Of a stretch of 64,000 nt of DNA, positions 55,341-64,000 are shown piece by piece. Below the pieces are notes generated by a model, which was given only the letters and a program-made list of their open reading frames with translations, was not told the DNA's origin and searched no databases. The translations under genes were made by a program, and so were the position numbers. The DNA comes from Candidatus Saccharimonadota bacterium (GTDB lineage: Bacteria; Patescibacteriota; Saccharimonadia; Saccharimonadales; Saccharimonadaceae). The stretch lies in NCBI GenBank assembly GCA_016432585.1, contig CP066696.1:388113-452112 (forward strand), in the 5' to 3' direction. The stretch's first letter is position 1. Every line of letters begins with the position of its first letter.

Positions 55341-56468
55341 ATGGAAGATATCAACGTTAAACAACTTACTCTCGCTGTCCGTACGATTGCCGAGGAAAAA
55401 AACCTCCCCGAAGAAACGGTCATGGCGGTTATTGAACAGGCTATTGCAGCTGCATGGCGCCGCGACAACGGTGAGCGCGACCAAGAAGTTCGTGCCGAGC
55501 TAAACACAGTAGACGGTACGGCGAACGTATTCGTATCACGCGAAGTAGTAGAAGAAGTCGGTAGCGAATCTGTCGAGATTAGTCTTGAAGATGCCCGCAA
55601 AGTAAAAGCAGACGCCGAAATCGGTGATTCAATCGAGGAAAAGCACGAAGTTGTATCATTTGGTCGCGTTGCTGCGCAAACAGCAAAGCAGGTCGTGTTG
55701 CAGCGTCTTCGCGAAGCAGAGCGTGAAGTCGTTCTTGAAGAATACGAAGACAAGATCGGCACAATCGTAACCGGTACTGTTCAGCGTGTTGAGCCACGTG
55801 TTATTCGTGTTGAGCTTGGCAAAGCAACCGGTATTATTCCGCAGAGCGAACAGATTCAGGGCGAGTTTTACAGTATTGGTTCACGTATCAAGGTGTTTAT
55901 TAAAGATATCGAGCGCGATAACCGCGGCCCTCAGCTTATCCTTTCTCGCGGCAACGAAGCATTTGTCGAGCACCTATTCCGCCAAGAAGTTCCCGAAATG
56001 GAAACTGGCGCAGTAGAAATCAAAGCAATTGCCCGCGAAGCTGGTCGCCGCACGAAGCTTGCTGTTCGCAGCAACGTACCTGGCGTTGACCCTGTTGGCA
56101 CGTTTGTTGGTGGACACGGAACTCGTGTTCAGGCGGTTATGAACGAAATTGGCGATCAAGAAAAGATCGACATCATTACGTTCGACGAAGGGTCAGAGCA
56201 GTTTATCCGTAACGCACTAAGCCCAGCCGAAGTCTCAAGCGTTGTTATCGACGAAGCCGCAAAGCGCGCAAAGGTGTTTGTTGCTGAAGACCAGCAGTCT
56301 ATCGCTATTGGTCGTGGTGGCCAAAACGTTCGCCTTGCAAGCCGTCTTACTGGCTACGAACTTGATATTGAAACGGCCGTTCCTGCTGAAAAACCAGCAG
56401 AAGCAAAGCCTCGCAAGAATATTGAAGACAGCCTAATGAGCGCTGTTGAAGAGTCGACCGAAGACTAG
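55341..56468 (+). CDS. nusA: transcription termination/antitermination factor NusA (short form)
   Basis: N-terminal domain (VIEQAIAAAWRR), S1 domain (GTIVTGTVQRVE), two KH domains (IGRGGQNVRLASRLTG). AAAGGAA SD before ATG 55341. Confidence 0.95.
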   Translation: MEDINVKQLTLAVRTIAEEKNLPEETVMAVIEQAIAAAWRRDNGERDQEVRAELNTVDGTANVFVSREVVEEVGSESVEISLEDARKVKADAEIGDSIEEKHEVVSFGRVAAQTAKQVVLQRLREAEREVVLEEYEDKIGTIVTGTVQRVEPRVIRVELGKATGIIPQSEQIQGEFYSIGSRIKVFIKDIERDNRGPQLILSRGNEAFVEHLFRQEVPEMETGAVEIKAIAREAGRRTKLAVRSNVPGVDPVGTFVGGHGTRVQAVMNEIGDQEKIDIITFDEGSEQFIRNALSPAEVSSVVIDEAAKRAKVFVAEDQQSIAIGRGGQNVRLASRLTGYELDIETAVPAEKPAEAKPRKNIEDSLMSAVEESTED

Positions 56469-56490
56469 TTTTAGGCCGCTCAAAAAAAGA

Positions 56491-56517
56491 TTAGCACTCG
56501 CTTGACGTGAGTGCTAA
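56491..56517. promoter_or_regulatory. CIRCE element (HrcA operator), perfect TTAGCACTC-N9-GAGTGCTAA
   Basis: Exact 9+9 inverted repeat with a 9-nt spacer, flanked by an A-run and a T-run, so it may also terminate nusA. Overlaps the putative clpC promoter. Confidence 0.85.
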
Positions 56518-56531
56518 TTTTTATATATACT
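56502..56531 (+). promoter_or_regulatory. putative clpC operon promoter (TTGACG ... TATACT) overlapped by CIRCE
   Basis: TTGACG at 56502-56507 lies inside the CIRCE spacer. TATATA/TATACT at 56524-56531 gives a spacer of 16-18 nt. Confidence 0.5.
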
Positions 56532-56600
56532 AAGTATAGTGAAAGCGTAAAGTAATTAAAAACGCTTGCGCAAGGTTTAGGGAGGACTGATAATAAAACT

Positions 56601-59081
56601 ATGGCCGATGAATTCGCCGAATTTGTATCACATTTGACCGAAAACGCGCGTATCAGTTTGCAACACGCGGATGCTATTGCGCGTGGCTACGGCAGCGCTT
56701 ATATCGGCACCGAACACCTCCTTTTGGGCGTTTTGGCGCAGGGTTCATCTGTGGGCGCTAAGGTTCTTGCCGATGCCGGCGTGACGCTCGATAGGGCTGA
56801 ACTTGCGCTTAATCTTACGCCGCGCACGCTTATTGTTAGCACCGGCGCCAAAGGTCTTTCGGAAACCGCCAAGCTTACCCTCAAAATGAGCTGGGAAATC
56901 GCTCAGGAGTTTCATCAGGATAGCCTTGGCACCGAGCATATTTTGTATAGTATTCTTACGCAAAAAAACGCTCGTGCTACGGTACTTTTGCGCGACATGA
57001 ATGTTGATGTTAGTGAGCTTATCAGTGATCTGGAAGACTTTTTCGGCAGGCAGAACAACGACGCCTATATGTCGGAAGACGCCCAGTCAACTCAAACGAA
57101 AAAGCAAAAAACAAAGGGCGGAGCGCTAGAGACCTTTGGAACTGATTTAACTGCGCGCGCAAAAGCGGGTAACCTCGACCCTGTTATTGGGCGTGATAGC
57201 GAAGAAGAGCGTATGGTGACGATTCTTAGTCGTCGCACCAAGAATAACCCTGTGCTTATTGGCGAGCCGGGTGTTGGCAAGACCGCAATTGTTGAAGGCC
57301 TGGCGCAGCGTATTGCGCGCGAGGACGTACCTGATCATCTGCTAGATAAGCGCGTAATTCAGCTTGATCTTGCCGCTATGATTGCCGGCACAAAGTACCG
57401 CGGTGAGTTTGAGGAGCGTCTTAAGAAGGTGGTTGATGAGCTGCGCCAGCAAAAGAACGTTATTATATTTATCGACGAGCTTCATTTGCTTGTGGGCGCG
57501 GGTGCTGCCGAGGGTGCGTTAGATGCCGCAAATATGTTAAAGCCTGCGCTGGCTCGTGGTGAGTTGCACATGATTGGCGCGACGACATTCGACGAATACC
57601 GCAAGCATATCGAAAAAGACGCGGCGCTCGACCGCAGGTTTCAGTCAATTATCGTGGGCGAGCCAAACCTTAAGGATACGATTGCTATTCTAAAAGGCCT
57701 CCGTTCGTACTACGAAAAACACCACGGCGTATCCATGAGCGACGAAATACTCGAAGATGCCGTATATATGGCCGACCGCTACGTGAGTGAGCGGTTTATG
57801 CCCGACAAAGCGATCGATGTTATAGACGAAGCGGCCGCTTTGGTGCGCGTGAAGGCTGGGCATAAGCCAAGTCGTGTTCGTGATTTTACAAAACAGTTGA
57901 AAAACCTGAATGAAAAAATGGAAGATGCCGTTGCAAGTGAAGATTACGAACGAGCGGCGCTTTACAAGACCCGTATCAGCCAAATCACCAAACAGCTCGA
58001 TGAGGCAAAGATAGATCTGGAAAAAAAGACGCCTATCACATTAAAAGACGACGATATCGCGCATGCTATTTCGACCATGACAGGTATTCCGGTAAAGCGC
58101 GTTCAAAAGTCTGAAGCCAAGTTGCTTCGCTCGCTCGAAAAACACCTTGGTCGCTATATTATTGGGCAAAAAGAGGCTGTCGAAAAGGTTGCGCGTGCTA
58201 TTAGGCGCAGCCGAAGTGGCGTTGCTAGCAATAAGCGCCCAATTGGTTCATTCGTATTTATGGGCCCGACTGGTGTCGGTAAGACTGAGCTTGCCAAGGT
58301 AGTGGCGCGCGAAGTGTTCGGTAGTGATGACGCACTTATCAAGATCGACATGAGCGAGTTTGGTGAACGACACAACACGAGCCGCCTATTGGGTGCGCCG
58401 GCCGGTTATATAGGCTACGAAGACGGTGGCCAGTTGACTGATAAAATTCGCCGTCAACCATACAGTGTTGTGCTGTTCGATGAGATCGAAAAGGCTCACC
58501 CAGAGGTATTCCAGTTGCTACTTCAGTTACTCGAAGAAGGAAAACTGACCGACGCAAAGGGGCGAAGCGTCGACTTTACGAACGCGATCATTATCCTTAC
58601 GAGCAACCTCGGCGCCGATCGCATGATGAAAGAGTCGAGCCTTGGCTTTCATGCAGCGGGTAAGTCGGACGAGAAGAAACTCGACGAAGCGCACGAAGAA
58701 AACGCGGCTGCCGCAAAGGATGCACTATCGAAGATGATGCGCCCTGAGCTGATTAACCGATTCGATAGTATTGTGACTTTCCGTGCGCTAACACGAAAAG
58801 AAGTCAGCAAGATTTTCGATAATCTCATTGAAGAGCTACAAGATAGGCTTATTCATAAAGGTATTCATCTTGTCGTAAAACCTGCTGCGAAAAAGTTCTT
58901 GATTGCAAAAGGCTACGACGAAAAATTCGGCGCACGGCCTCTTAGGCGCGCTATTCAAGATGAACTTGAGCATGTTATTGCCGACGGCATTCTTTCGGGA
59001 GCGTACGAAAAAGGCAGTGTTCTTGAAGCAACGGCACAAAAAGGCGCTATAATAGTAACTGTTAAGCATGAAGCAGCATAA
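56601..59081 (+). CDS. clpC: ATP-dependent Clp protease ATP-binding subunit ClpC
   Basis: Clp_N repeats. Two AAA+ modules ([18 protein letters not shown]). UVR-like linker [13 protein letters not shown]. Confidence 0.95.
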   Translation: MADEFAEFVSHLTENARISLQHADAIARGYGSAYIGTEHLLLGVLAQGSSVGAKVLADAGVTLDRAELALNLTPRTLIVSTGAKGLSETAKLTLKMSWEIAQEFHQDSLGTEHILYSILTQKNARATVLLRDMNVDVSELISDLEDFFGRQNNDAYMSEDAQSTQTKKQKTKGGALETFGTDLTARAKAGNLDPVIGRDSEEERMVTILSRRTKNNPVLIGEPGVGKTAIVEGLAQRIAREDVPDHLLDKRVIQLDLAAMIAGTKYRGEFEERLKKVVDELRQQKNVIIFIDELHLLVGAGAAEGALDAANMLKPALARGELHMIGATTFDEYRKHIEKDAALDRRFQSIIVGEPNLKDTIAILKGLRSYYEKHHGVSMSDEILEDAVYMADRYVSERFMPDKAIDVIDEAAALVRVKAGHKPSRVRDFTKQLKNLNEKMEDAVASEDYERAALYKTRISQITKQLDEAKIDLEKKTPITLKDDDIAHAISTMTGIPVKRVQKSEAKLLRSLEKHLGRYIIGQKEAVEKVARAIRRSRSGVASNKRPIGSFVFMGPTGVGKTELAKVVAREVFGSDDALIKIDMSEFGERHNTSRLLGAPAGYIGYEDGGQLTDKIRRQPYSVVLFDEIEKAHPEVFQLLLQLLEEGKLTDAKGRSVDFTNAIIILTSNLGADRMMKESSLGFHAAGKSDEKKLDEAHEENAAAAKDALSKMMRPELINRFDSIVTFRALTRKEVSKIFDNLIEELQDRLIHKGIHLVVKPAAKKFLIAKGYDEKFGARPLRRAIQDELEHVIADGILSGAYEKGSVLEATAQKGAIIVTVKHEAA

Positions 59082-60063
59082 AACAGAACGAGGGTTCATT
59101 GTTGGGCTAAGCGCGGCCATTCTTAGTGTTGTTGTTGCGATTGTTCTTCTTGTTAATAGGCAGTATTTTGTCGATCAAATGACAGTTTGGCAATATACTC
59201 CCTCGCCTGAAATTGCATCTTTTGCCGAGCGAACGAGCATGAATGATACGGGAAAGTTCTACTTTTATGCAAGTCAGCCATCACTAGAAGCGGCAGCGAG
59301 CTTTAATGAAAAGTGCGACCGTAAAGAGGAAAGCACGGCAATTCTTGGCTGCTACAATGGCCAGTATATCTACATTTACGACGTAGATGACGCCACGCTC
59401 GATGGCATTCGCGAGGTGACGGCAGCGCACGAGATGTTACACGCTGCTTATGTGCGCATGAACGACAAAGATAAAAGCCGGGTAAACGCGCTTATCGAAG
59501 AAGAGTATGCAAAACTTAAAGCGAACGCTGATTTTTCGGAAAGAATGGATTTTTACGCACGAACCGAACCTGGTGAGCGTGATAACGAACTCCACTCGAT
59601 AATTGCTACCGAGGTTGCGGATATCAGTCCGGCGCTTGAACAGCACTACAAAACGTACTTCACTGATCGTTCTAAAGTTGTAGCGCTCCACACAAGGTAC
59701 GCGAAAATATTTAGCGAATTGCAAACAAAAGCAACCAAGTTATCTTCGGAACTTACCGAGCTAGGTGATAAAATTGAGGCTGCGTCGTTTACATACAACA
59801 AAGACATCGCCGCATTTAACCAGGACGTTGATGAATTTAAGCAAAAAATCGATAATGGCGAGTTTACAACACAAGCGCAAGTAAACGCGGCTCGAAATTC
59901 TCTTCTGGCAAGAGCTGATGACCTCGATGCTCGTCGCACGGCGATTAACAAAGATGTTGCGCTATATAATACGCGTCGGGCGGAGCTAGCGAAGATCGCT
60001 GCACAGTCCGAGGCTTTAAATCGCAGTATCGACAGTAGCCTGTCGCCCTCGCCTAGTCTATAA
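59068..60063 (+). CDS. membrane-anchored protein with an HExxH motif and a C-terminal coiled coil, function unknown
   Basis: 14-nt overlap with clpC. N-terminal TM (GLSAAILSVVVAIVLLV). TAAHEMLHAAY. The C-terminal ~120 aa are coiled coil. Confidence 0.6.
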   Translation: MKQHKTERGFIVGLSAAILSVVVAIVLLVNRQYFVDQMTVWQYTPSPEIASFAERTSMNDTGKFYFYASQPSLEAAASFNEKCDRKEESTAILGCYNGQYIYIYDVDDATLDGIREVTAAHEMLHAAYVRMNDKDKSRVNALIEEEYAKLKANADFSERMDFYARTEPGERDNELHSIIATEVADISPALEQHYKTYFTDRSKVVALHTRYAKIFSELQTKATKLSSELTELGDKIEAASFTYNKDIAAFNQDVDEFKQKIDNGEFTTQAQVNAARNSLLARADDLDARRTAINKDVALYNTRRAELAKIAAQSEALNRSIDSSLSPSPSL

Positions 60064-60071
60064 TAGGTGTA

Positions 60072-61421
60072 ATGGCTAAATCAAAATCTCTCTTTACCTG
60101 TCAAAACTGTGGTGCGAACTATCCAAAATGGACGGGTAAATGCGAAAACTGTGGCGAGTGGAACTCGCTTGTTGAACAAGTAGTGTCAGGCGGCAAATCT
60201 GTGGTGGCAAAAAGTGCGAGTAGCGGTCGCGTATTGTCGCCACAAACGATGCAATCTATTTCTACGGAAGAATCGGTAAAGCGCATGACGACAGGGTATG
60301 AAGATCTTGATATCGTTCTTGGCGGTGGAATCTTGCCGGGCGGCGTGCTGCTTATGGCCGGACAACCGGGAATCGGTAAAAGTACCTTGCTGCTGCAGGT
60401 AGCGGGCGAAGTAGGGAAAGCCCAACCGGTGTTGTATGCAAGCGGTGAGGAATCTGCGAGCCAGGTAAAGCTGCGGGCCGAGCGTCTAGGTGCTAACAAG
60501 CGCGAACAGCTCCATTTTGTGGCGAGCACCAGCGCCGACGATATTGCGGCGACGATTCGCTCGGGTGCGTACAAACTGGTCATTATCGACTCTATCCAAA
60601 CACTCACGCTTGAAGAAATTACGTCGGCGCCTGGTACGGTGAGTCAAATCACAAACAGCAGCAACGTGATTATTCGTGCGGCTAAAGAAGCTGGGGCGGC
60701 TGTGGTATTGGTGGGGCATGTGACAAAAGAGGGCAGTATTGCTGGGCCAAAAGTGCTTGAGCACCTTGTTGACGTTGTGTTGCAGTTCGAGGGCGATCGT
60801 TACGGTGGATTCAAGGTAGTGCGGGCGGTAAAAAACCGTTACGGCTCTACTAATGAAGCGGCAATTTTTGAAATGTACGAACAAGGGCTTCGTGTCGTTG
60901 AAAACCCTTCGGCGGCACTACTAGCAGAGCGCCAAAACGCCGATGGCTCGGTGGTTATGGCAACACTAGAGGGCACGCGCCCACTGCTAGTAGAGATACA
61001 GGCACTTGTAAATCCTACCAGTTTCGGGTATCCTAAACGTACAGCCTCGGGGTTCGACCTCAACCGACTCAACCTTTTGATCGCCGTTCTAGAGCGACGC
61101 ACGAAACTGAATTTATCGGATAAAGATATCTATATCAATGTTGTTGGTGGGCTGAAACTCAACGATCCTGCGGCGGATCTTGCTATTTGTATGGCAATTG
61201 CGAGTGCAGCTGCCGGCAAGCGCCTAGGCGATGAGTTGGTGGTATTTGGTGAGGTTGGGCTTGGTGGCGAAATCCGCAGTGTCCATAGTGGTGATCGGCG
61301 CGTTGCCGAGGCAAAAAAGCTTGGATTTACTCAGGCAATAGCGCCAAAATCAGCGCAAAAGAATTCATTTATAAAGGGTGTCGGCGATTTGCGCCAGGCG
61401 CTCATAGACTACTTACAGTAA
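60072..61421 (+). CDS. radA: DNA repair protein RadA
   Basis: Zinc finger CQNCGANYPKWTGKCENCGEW, Walker A GQPGIGKST, RadA motif KNRYG, Lon-protease-like C-terminal domain. Confidence 0.95.
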   Translation: MAKSKSLFTCQNCGANYPKWTGKCENCGEWNSLVEQVVSGGKSVVAKSASSGRVLSPQTMQSISTEESVKRMTTGYEDLDIVLGGGILPGGVLLMAGQPGIGKSTLLLQVAGEVGKAQPVLYASGEESASQVKLRAERLGANKREQLHFVASTSADDIAATIRSGAYKLVIIDSIQTLTLEEITSAPGTVSQITNSSNVIIRAAKEAGAAVVLVGHVTKEGSIAGPKVLEHLVDVVLQFEGDRYGGFKVVRAVKNRYGSTNEAAIFEMYEQGLRVVENPSAALLAERQNADGSVVMATLEGTRPLLVEIQALVNPTSFGYPKRTASGFDLNRLNLLIAVLERRTKLNLSDKDIYINVVGGLKLNDPAADLAICMAIASAAAGKRLGDELVVFGEVGLGGEIRSVHSGDRRVAEAKKLGFTQAIAPKSAQKNSFIKGVGDLRQALIDYLQ

Positions 61422-61441
61422 TGTAAGAGAAAGAATAAAAC

Positions 61442-62506
61442 ATGGAAACAACAATTCAATTATTTATCGTTATCGCAGTGTTGGCGCTGTTGGCGGAAGT
61501 AACCTACTTGGTGGTAAAACTGCCAAGACAAAATCTTATTAAAAAACAGACTCGCCCTATTCTGGTAGACACTTCGGTACTTATCGACGGTCGTATCATT
61601 TCGGTGGCGAAATCAGGCTTTATAGGTGACACGCTTGTTATTCCGCGAAGCGTTATTGGGGAGCTACAGTTTCTTGCTGATAACGCCGACCACGACAAGC
61701 GCGCTCGTGCTCGCTACGGCCTCGATGTTGTAACGGAGCTTCAAAACATGCCGCATATGGACGTAGAGATCCTTCAAGACGGCAGTAAAGCCGCTGAAGG
61801 TGTCGATGAGCGCCTACTGACACTTGCTAAGAAGCATGGCGCTGCAGTGTGTACGATCGATTACAACCTTAATAAGGTGGCCGTCGTCGAAGGCATTACT
61901 GTGTTAAACGTGAACGAGCTTGCGCAAAGTTTACGAATGGCGTATTTGCCAGGTGAACGAATGTTACTAGAGCTTGTTCAAAAAGGTCAGGACTCACACC
62001 AGGGCGTCGGATACCTTACCGACGGCACGATGGTTGTCGTAGAAAACGCCTCAAAGAATATTGGTCAAACGATTGAGATTGAATTTATCCGTAGCCTACA
62101 AACGGCCGCGGGCAAGATGATGTTTGCGCGTCCAGTAGAGCGCAAGCAAGATCAGCAAAAGCAAGCCGTAAAGCCACAAGGTAAAAAGCCTGTTCAGCCA
62201 CAGCGTCAAAAGCAAGACAAGCGTCAGGATCGTGGAGAGCAAAAGCCAGTAGCTAAGCCGGTGTTCGTAGAGGAGCCTACTCAAGCACCTGCGACTGCTC
62301 CGGTTGTGTTTCATAGCGACACGAACGATCATCGCCTTGTAGCGTCGAAAAGGCAGCAGAAGCCTCGCCGCGAGCAATCACAGCAGCAGCGCCAGCCGTC
62401 TCAACCTCAAACGTCGGCACGAGGCAACGGCAATGGTGGCCGCGCAAAGCAGCGAACATCAGCAGACCGCGAGGCCTCGCTGCTTGATCTCGTTAATAAG
62501 CAGTAA
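61442..62506 (+). CDS. PIN/TRAM domain protein (YacL-like) with a ~110-aa Gln/Lys/Pro-rich C-terminal extension
   Basis: N-terminal TM, PIN domain (ILVDTSVLIDGRI), TRAM-like region (GQTIEIEFIRSLQTAAGKMMFA), low-complexity tail. Confidence 0.8.
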   Translation: METTIQLFIVIAVLALLAEVTYLVVKLPRQNLIKKQTRPILVDTSVLIDGRIISVAKSGFIGDTLVIPRSVIGELQFLADNADHDKRARARYGLDVVTELQNMPHMDVEILQDGSKAAEGVDERLLTLAKKHGAAVCTIDYNLNKVAVVEGITVLNVNELAQSLRMAYLPGERMLLELVQKGQDSHQGVGYLTDGTMVVVENASKNIGQTIEIEFIRSLQTAAGKMMFARPVERKQDQQKQAVKPQGKKPVQPQRQKQDKRQDRGEQKPVAKPVFVEEPTQAPATAPVVFHSDTNDHRLVASKRQQKPRREQSQQQRQPSQPQTSARGNGNGGRAKQRTSADREASLLDLVNKQ

Positions 62507-62530
62507 CTCTATATCTTTTAACTATAAAAA

Positions 62531-62556
62531 TACCCTCGGAAGTGAGGGTATTTTTT
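62531..62556. terminator. bidirectional terminator between the PIN/TRAM gene and the PBP gene
   Basis: AAAAATACCCTC-GGAAGT-GAGGGTATTTTTT. Confidence 0.75.
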
Positions 62557-62574
62557 ATGTGCGTTAGTTGGTTG

Positions 62575-64000
62575 CTATCGCCACCATCGACGAGCGTTGT
62601 TCCAGCTAACTGCATTCGAGTTATTGCTTGGTGTCGAGCTAACAGTTTCATCGTGAGTGATTGAGTTGTTGGCTGTGTAATACGCGATATCTGTGACTGT
62701 TGCGCTAACGGTCGAAGAGCCGTCTTTAAACTCGTACGTTGTTGAGTATGTTCCGCTCGATGAAGCCGGCAATGTCGCAACAATAGTGCTGCCAACCTTT
62801 ACCTCGACTTGTTTAAGCTTGAAGGTACCCTTTACGACACTAACGTCGATCTTGTTACCCGTGACGGTTATTGTACCCACGCTTGGCTGTACATCGTCAC
62901 ACTTATGCTTGTCGTCGCTCTTGTTTGCATCGTAACCATCTGGCGAGATGTAGATATCTTTCTTTGTAACAGGGTCTTTAAACTTAACGACATCAACTTC
63001 GATCTTTGCGGCATCTGGTGTACACTTTGTCGCTTTCTTTCTAGAGACCTTGTCAAACGTTAGCTTGGCGTTTGTTTTCCCTTGGTTTTTGTTATACCAA
63101 GAAGGGTAAAGCTCACCACCGATTTTTTGGATTCCAGTCGGCATTGTGTACCATGAACCGCCGTTTGCTGAGTCCCATTTCTTTTCTTTTGCATAGACTT
63201 CTTTGTGTGCATACTCCATAACTTCACCAACAATCTTTGCAGGAAGCGATGAGTTACCGTTTGTAAGAACGCGAGTATCTGGGTTACCAAGCCATACGCC
63301 CATGGTAAGTGCCGGGCTGTAGCTCATTGTCCAGATATCTTTTGGCTGGCCGCCTTTGTCGGAGGTACCGGTCTTCGTTGCTGTTTTAACGCCTGGAATA
63401 TACAATCCGTAGAAGTGAGGGCCATAAAGTCCGGCACGGGCGTTGTCGTCGCTAAGGATATCGCTGAGGATATAGGCAACCTGTGGGTCAACGACTTGCT
63501 TGCTCTCGTCTTTGTATTTTTTAATTACTTCGCCTTGGCTGTTCTTAACTTCTAAAACAGTACTGACGGGCTTGTAAACTCCCATGCGACCAAGAGATGC
63601 AAATGCGTTAACGTGGTCAACCTGGCGCGTTCCACAACCACCGATGGCCGATGAAAGACCAGCTTGGGCGTCGGCACCTTGTGTACAGTAGTTGGTATCG
63701 CCAAGCTCTCGAATAGTGTTCAGCGTTGGATCGACACCAGAGATATACATGGCCTTAACGGCTGGAACGTTTCGTGACAGTGCAAGTGATTTACGCAGGT
63801 TGATATTACCGCGGTAGCCACCATCTGCATTACGAAGTGGTGCGCCGTAAATACTACTCATAGAGTTATCGTCGGCAAGAATCGAACCACTACCGTAGTT
63901 GGCTTTACCTTGGCCTTGGTTAGAGAACAACTGGGCGTAAACTAACGGCTTAATGGTTGAACCTGGCTGAATATAGGCAGTCGCGGCGTTGTCTTGCCCG
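62575..64000 (-). CDS. penicillin-binding protein, transpeptidase part plus C-terminal beta-rich extension; N-terminus runs off the window
   Basis: The frame stays open to nt 64000 and encodes PGSTIKPLVYA (SxxK). KTGTS (KTG box) lies downstream. The last ~170 aa are a Thr/Ser/Val/Lys-rich domain. Confidence 0.85.
   Translation of the reverse strand, partial: GQDNAATAYIQPGSTIKPLVYAQLFSNQGQGKANYGSGSILADDNSMSSIYGAPLRNADGGYRGNINLRKSLALSRNVPAVKAMYISGVDPTLNTIRELGDTNYCTQGADAQAGLSSAIGGCGTRQVDHVNAFASLGRMGVYKPVSTVLEVKNSQGEVIKKYKDESKQVVDPQVAYILSDILSDDNARAGLYGPHFYGLYIPGVKTATKTGTSDKGGQPKDIWTMSYSPALTMGVWLGNPDTRVLTNGNSSLPAKIVGEVMEYAHKEVYAKEKKWDSANGGSWYTMPTGIQKIGGELYPSWYNKNQGKTNAKLTFDKVSRKKATKCTPDAAKIEVDVVKFKDPVTKKDIYISPDGYDANKSDDKHKCDDVQPSVGTITVTGNKIDVSVVKGTFKLKQVEVKVGSTIVATLPASSSGTYSTTYEFKDGSSTVSATVTDIAYYTANNSITHDETVSSTPSNNSNAVSWNNARRWWR

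Noticed and set aside
62096-62460. Repetitive-looking nucleotide stretch (cagcaaaagcaag...) as a tandem repeat or CRISPR-like array. The same applies to the GGC-rich stretch at 21600-21700.
   Set aside because: Both are in-frame low-complexity coding regions (the Q/K/P tail of the PIN/TRAM protein and the RGG box of the helicase), with no regular repeat-spacer periodicity.
1-64000. Search for tRNA, rRNA, CRISPR arrays, IS elements, integrases or prophage genes.
   Set aside because: By eye, no cloverleaf/T-loop (GGTTCGAAT-type) candidates appear in the few intergenic regions longer than 100 bp. There are no repeat-spacer arrays and no transposase or integrase-like ORFs. A tRNAscan-SE/Infernal run would be needed to be certain.

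Overview
Dense 64-kb chromosomal segment (about 67 CDS, roughly 48-50% GC by hand counts). I saw no rRNA, tRNA, CRISPR array, transposase or integrase.

Gene content:
- Truncated respiratory module: cyoB(partial)-cyoC-cyoD-cyoE plus a type II NADH dehydrogenase.
- Sugar-phosphate cluster: gap-rpiB-rpe-split transketolase-fba-pfkB kinase.
- gatCAB, uvrB, dnaE, rplS, an rnhB-yraN fusion, pepN, nusA, and clpC-radA-PIN/TRAM.
- An orphan PilB-type ATPase, a PcsB-like CHAP hydrolase, a class A PBP running off the 3' end, and many very small membrane/stress proteins.

This looks like a reduced-genome, Gram-positive-like lineage, possibly Saccharibacteria/CPR. That is an inference from gene content only.

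Most notable observations:
1. A perfect consensus promoter drives a ~300-nt, 61% GC, hairpin-dense non-coding segment with a 14-bp terminator, exactly where rimP normally precedes nusA.
2. Two further GC-rich (59-63%) cassettes each have their own TTGACx promoter and strong SD. One is a two-gene insertion splitting rplS from rnhB; the other carries a GtrA-like gene.
3. A perfect CIRCE (HrcA operator) overlaps the clpC operon promoter.
4. A membrane-anchored DUF4145/HEPN-like gene is translationally coupled inside gatCAB.
5. At least 18 genes have a leaderless architecture (TGnTAYAMT, then 6-10 nt, then ATG).

All calls come from reading the sequence and ORF translations. No searches were run.
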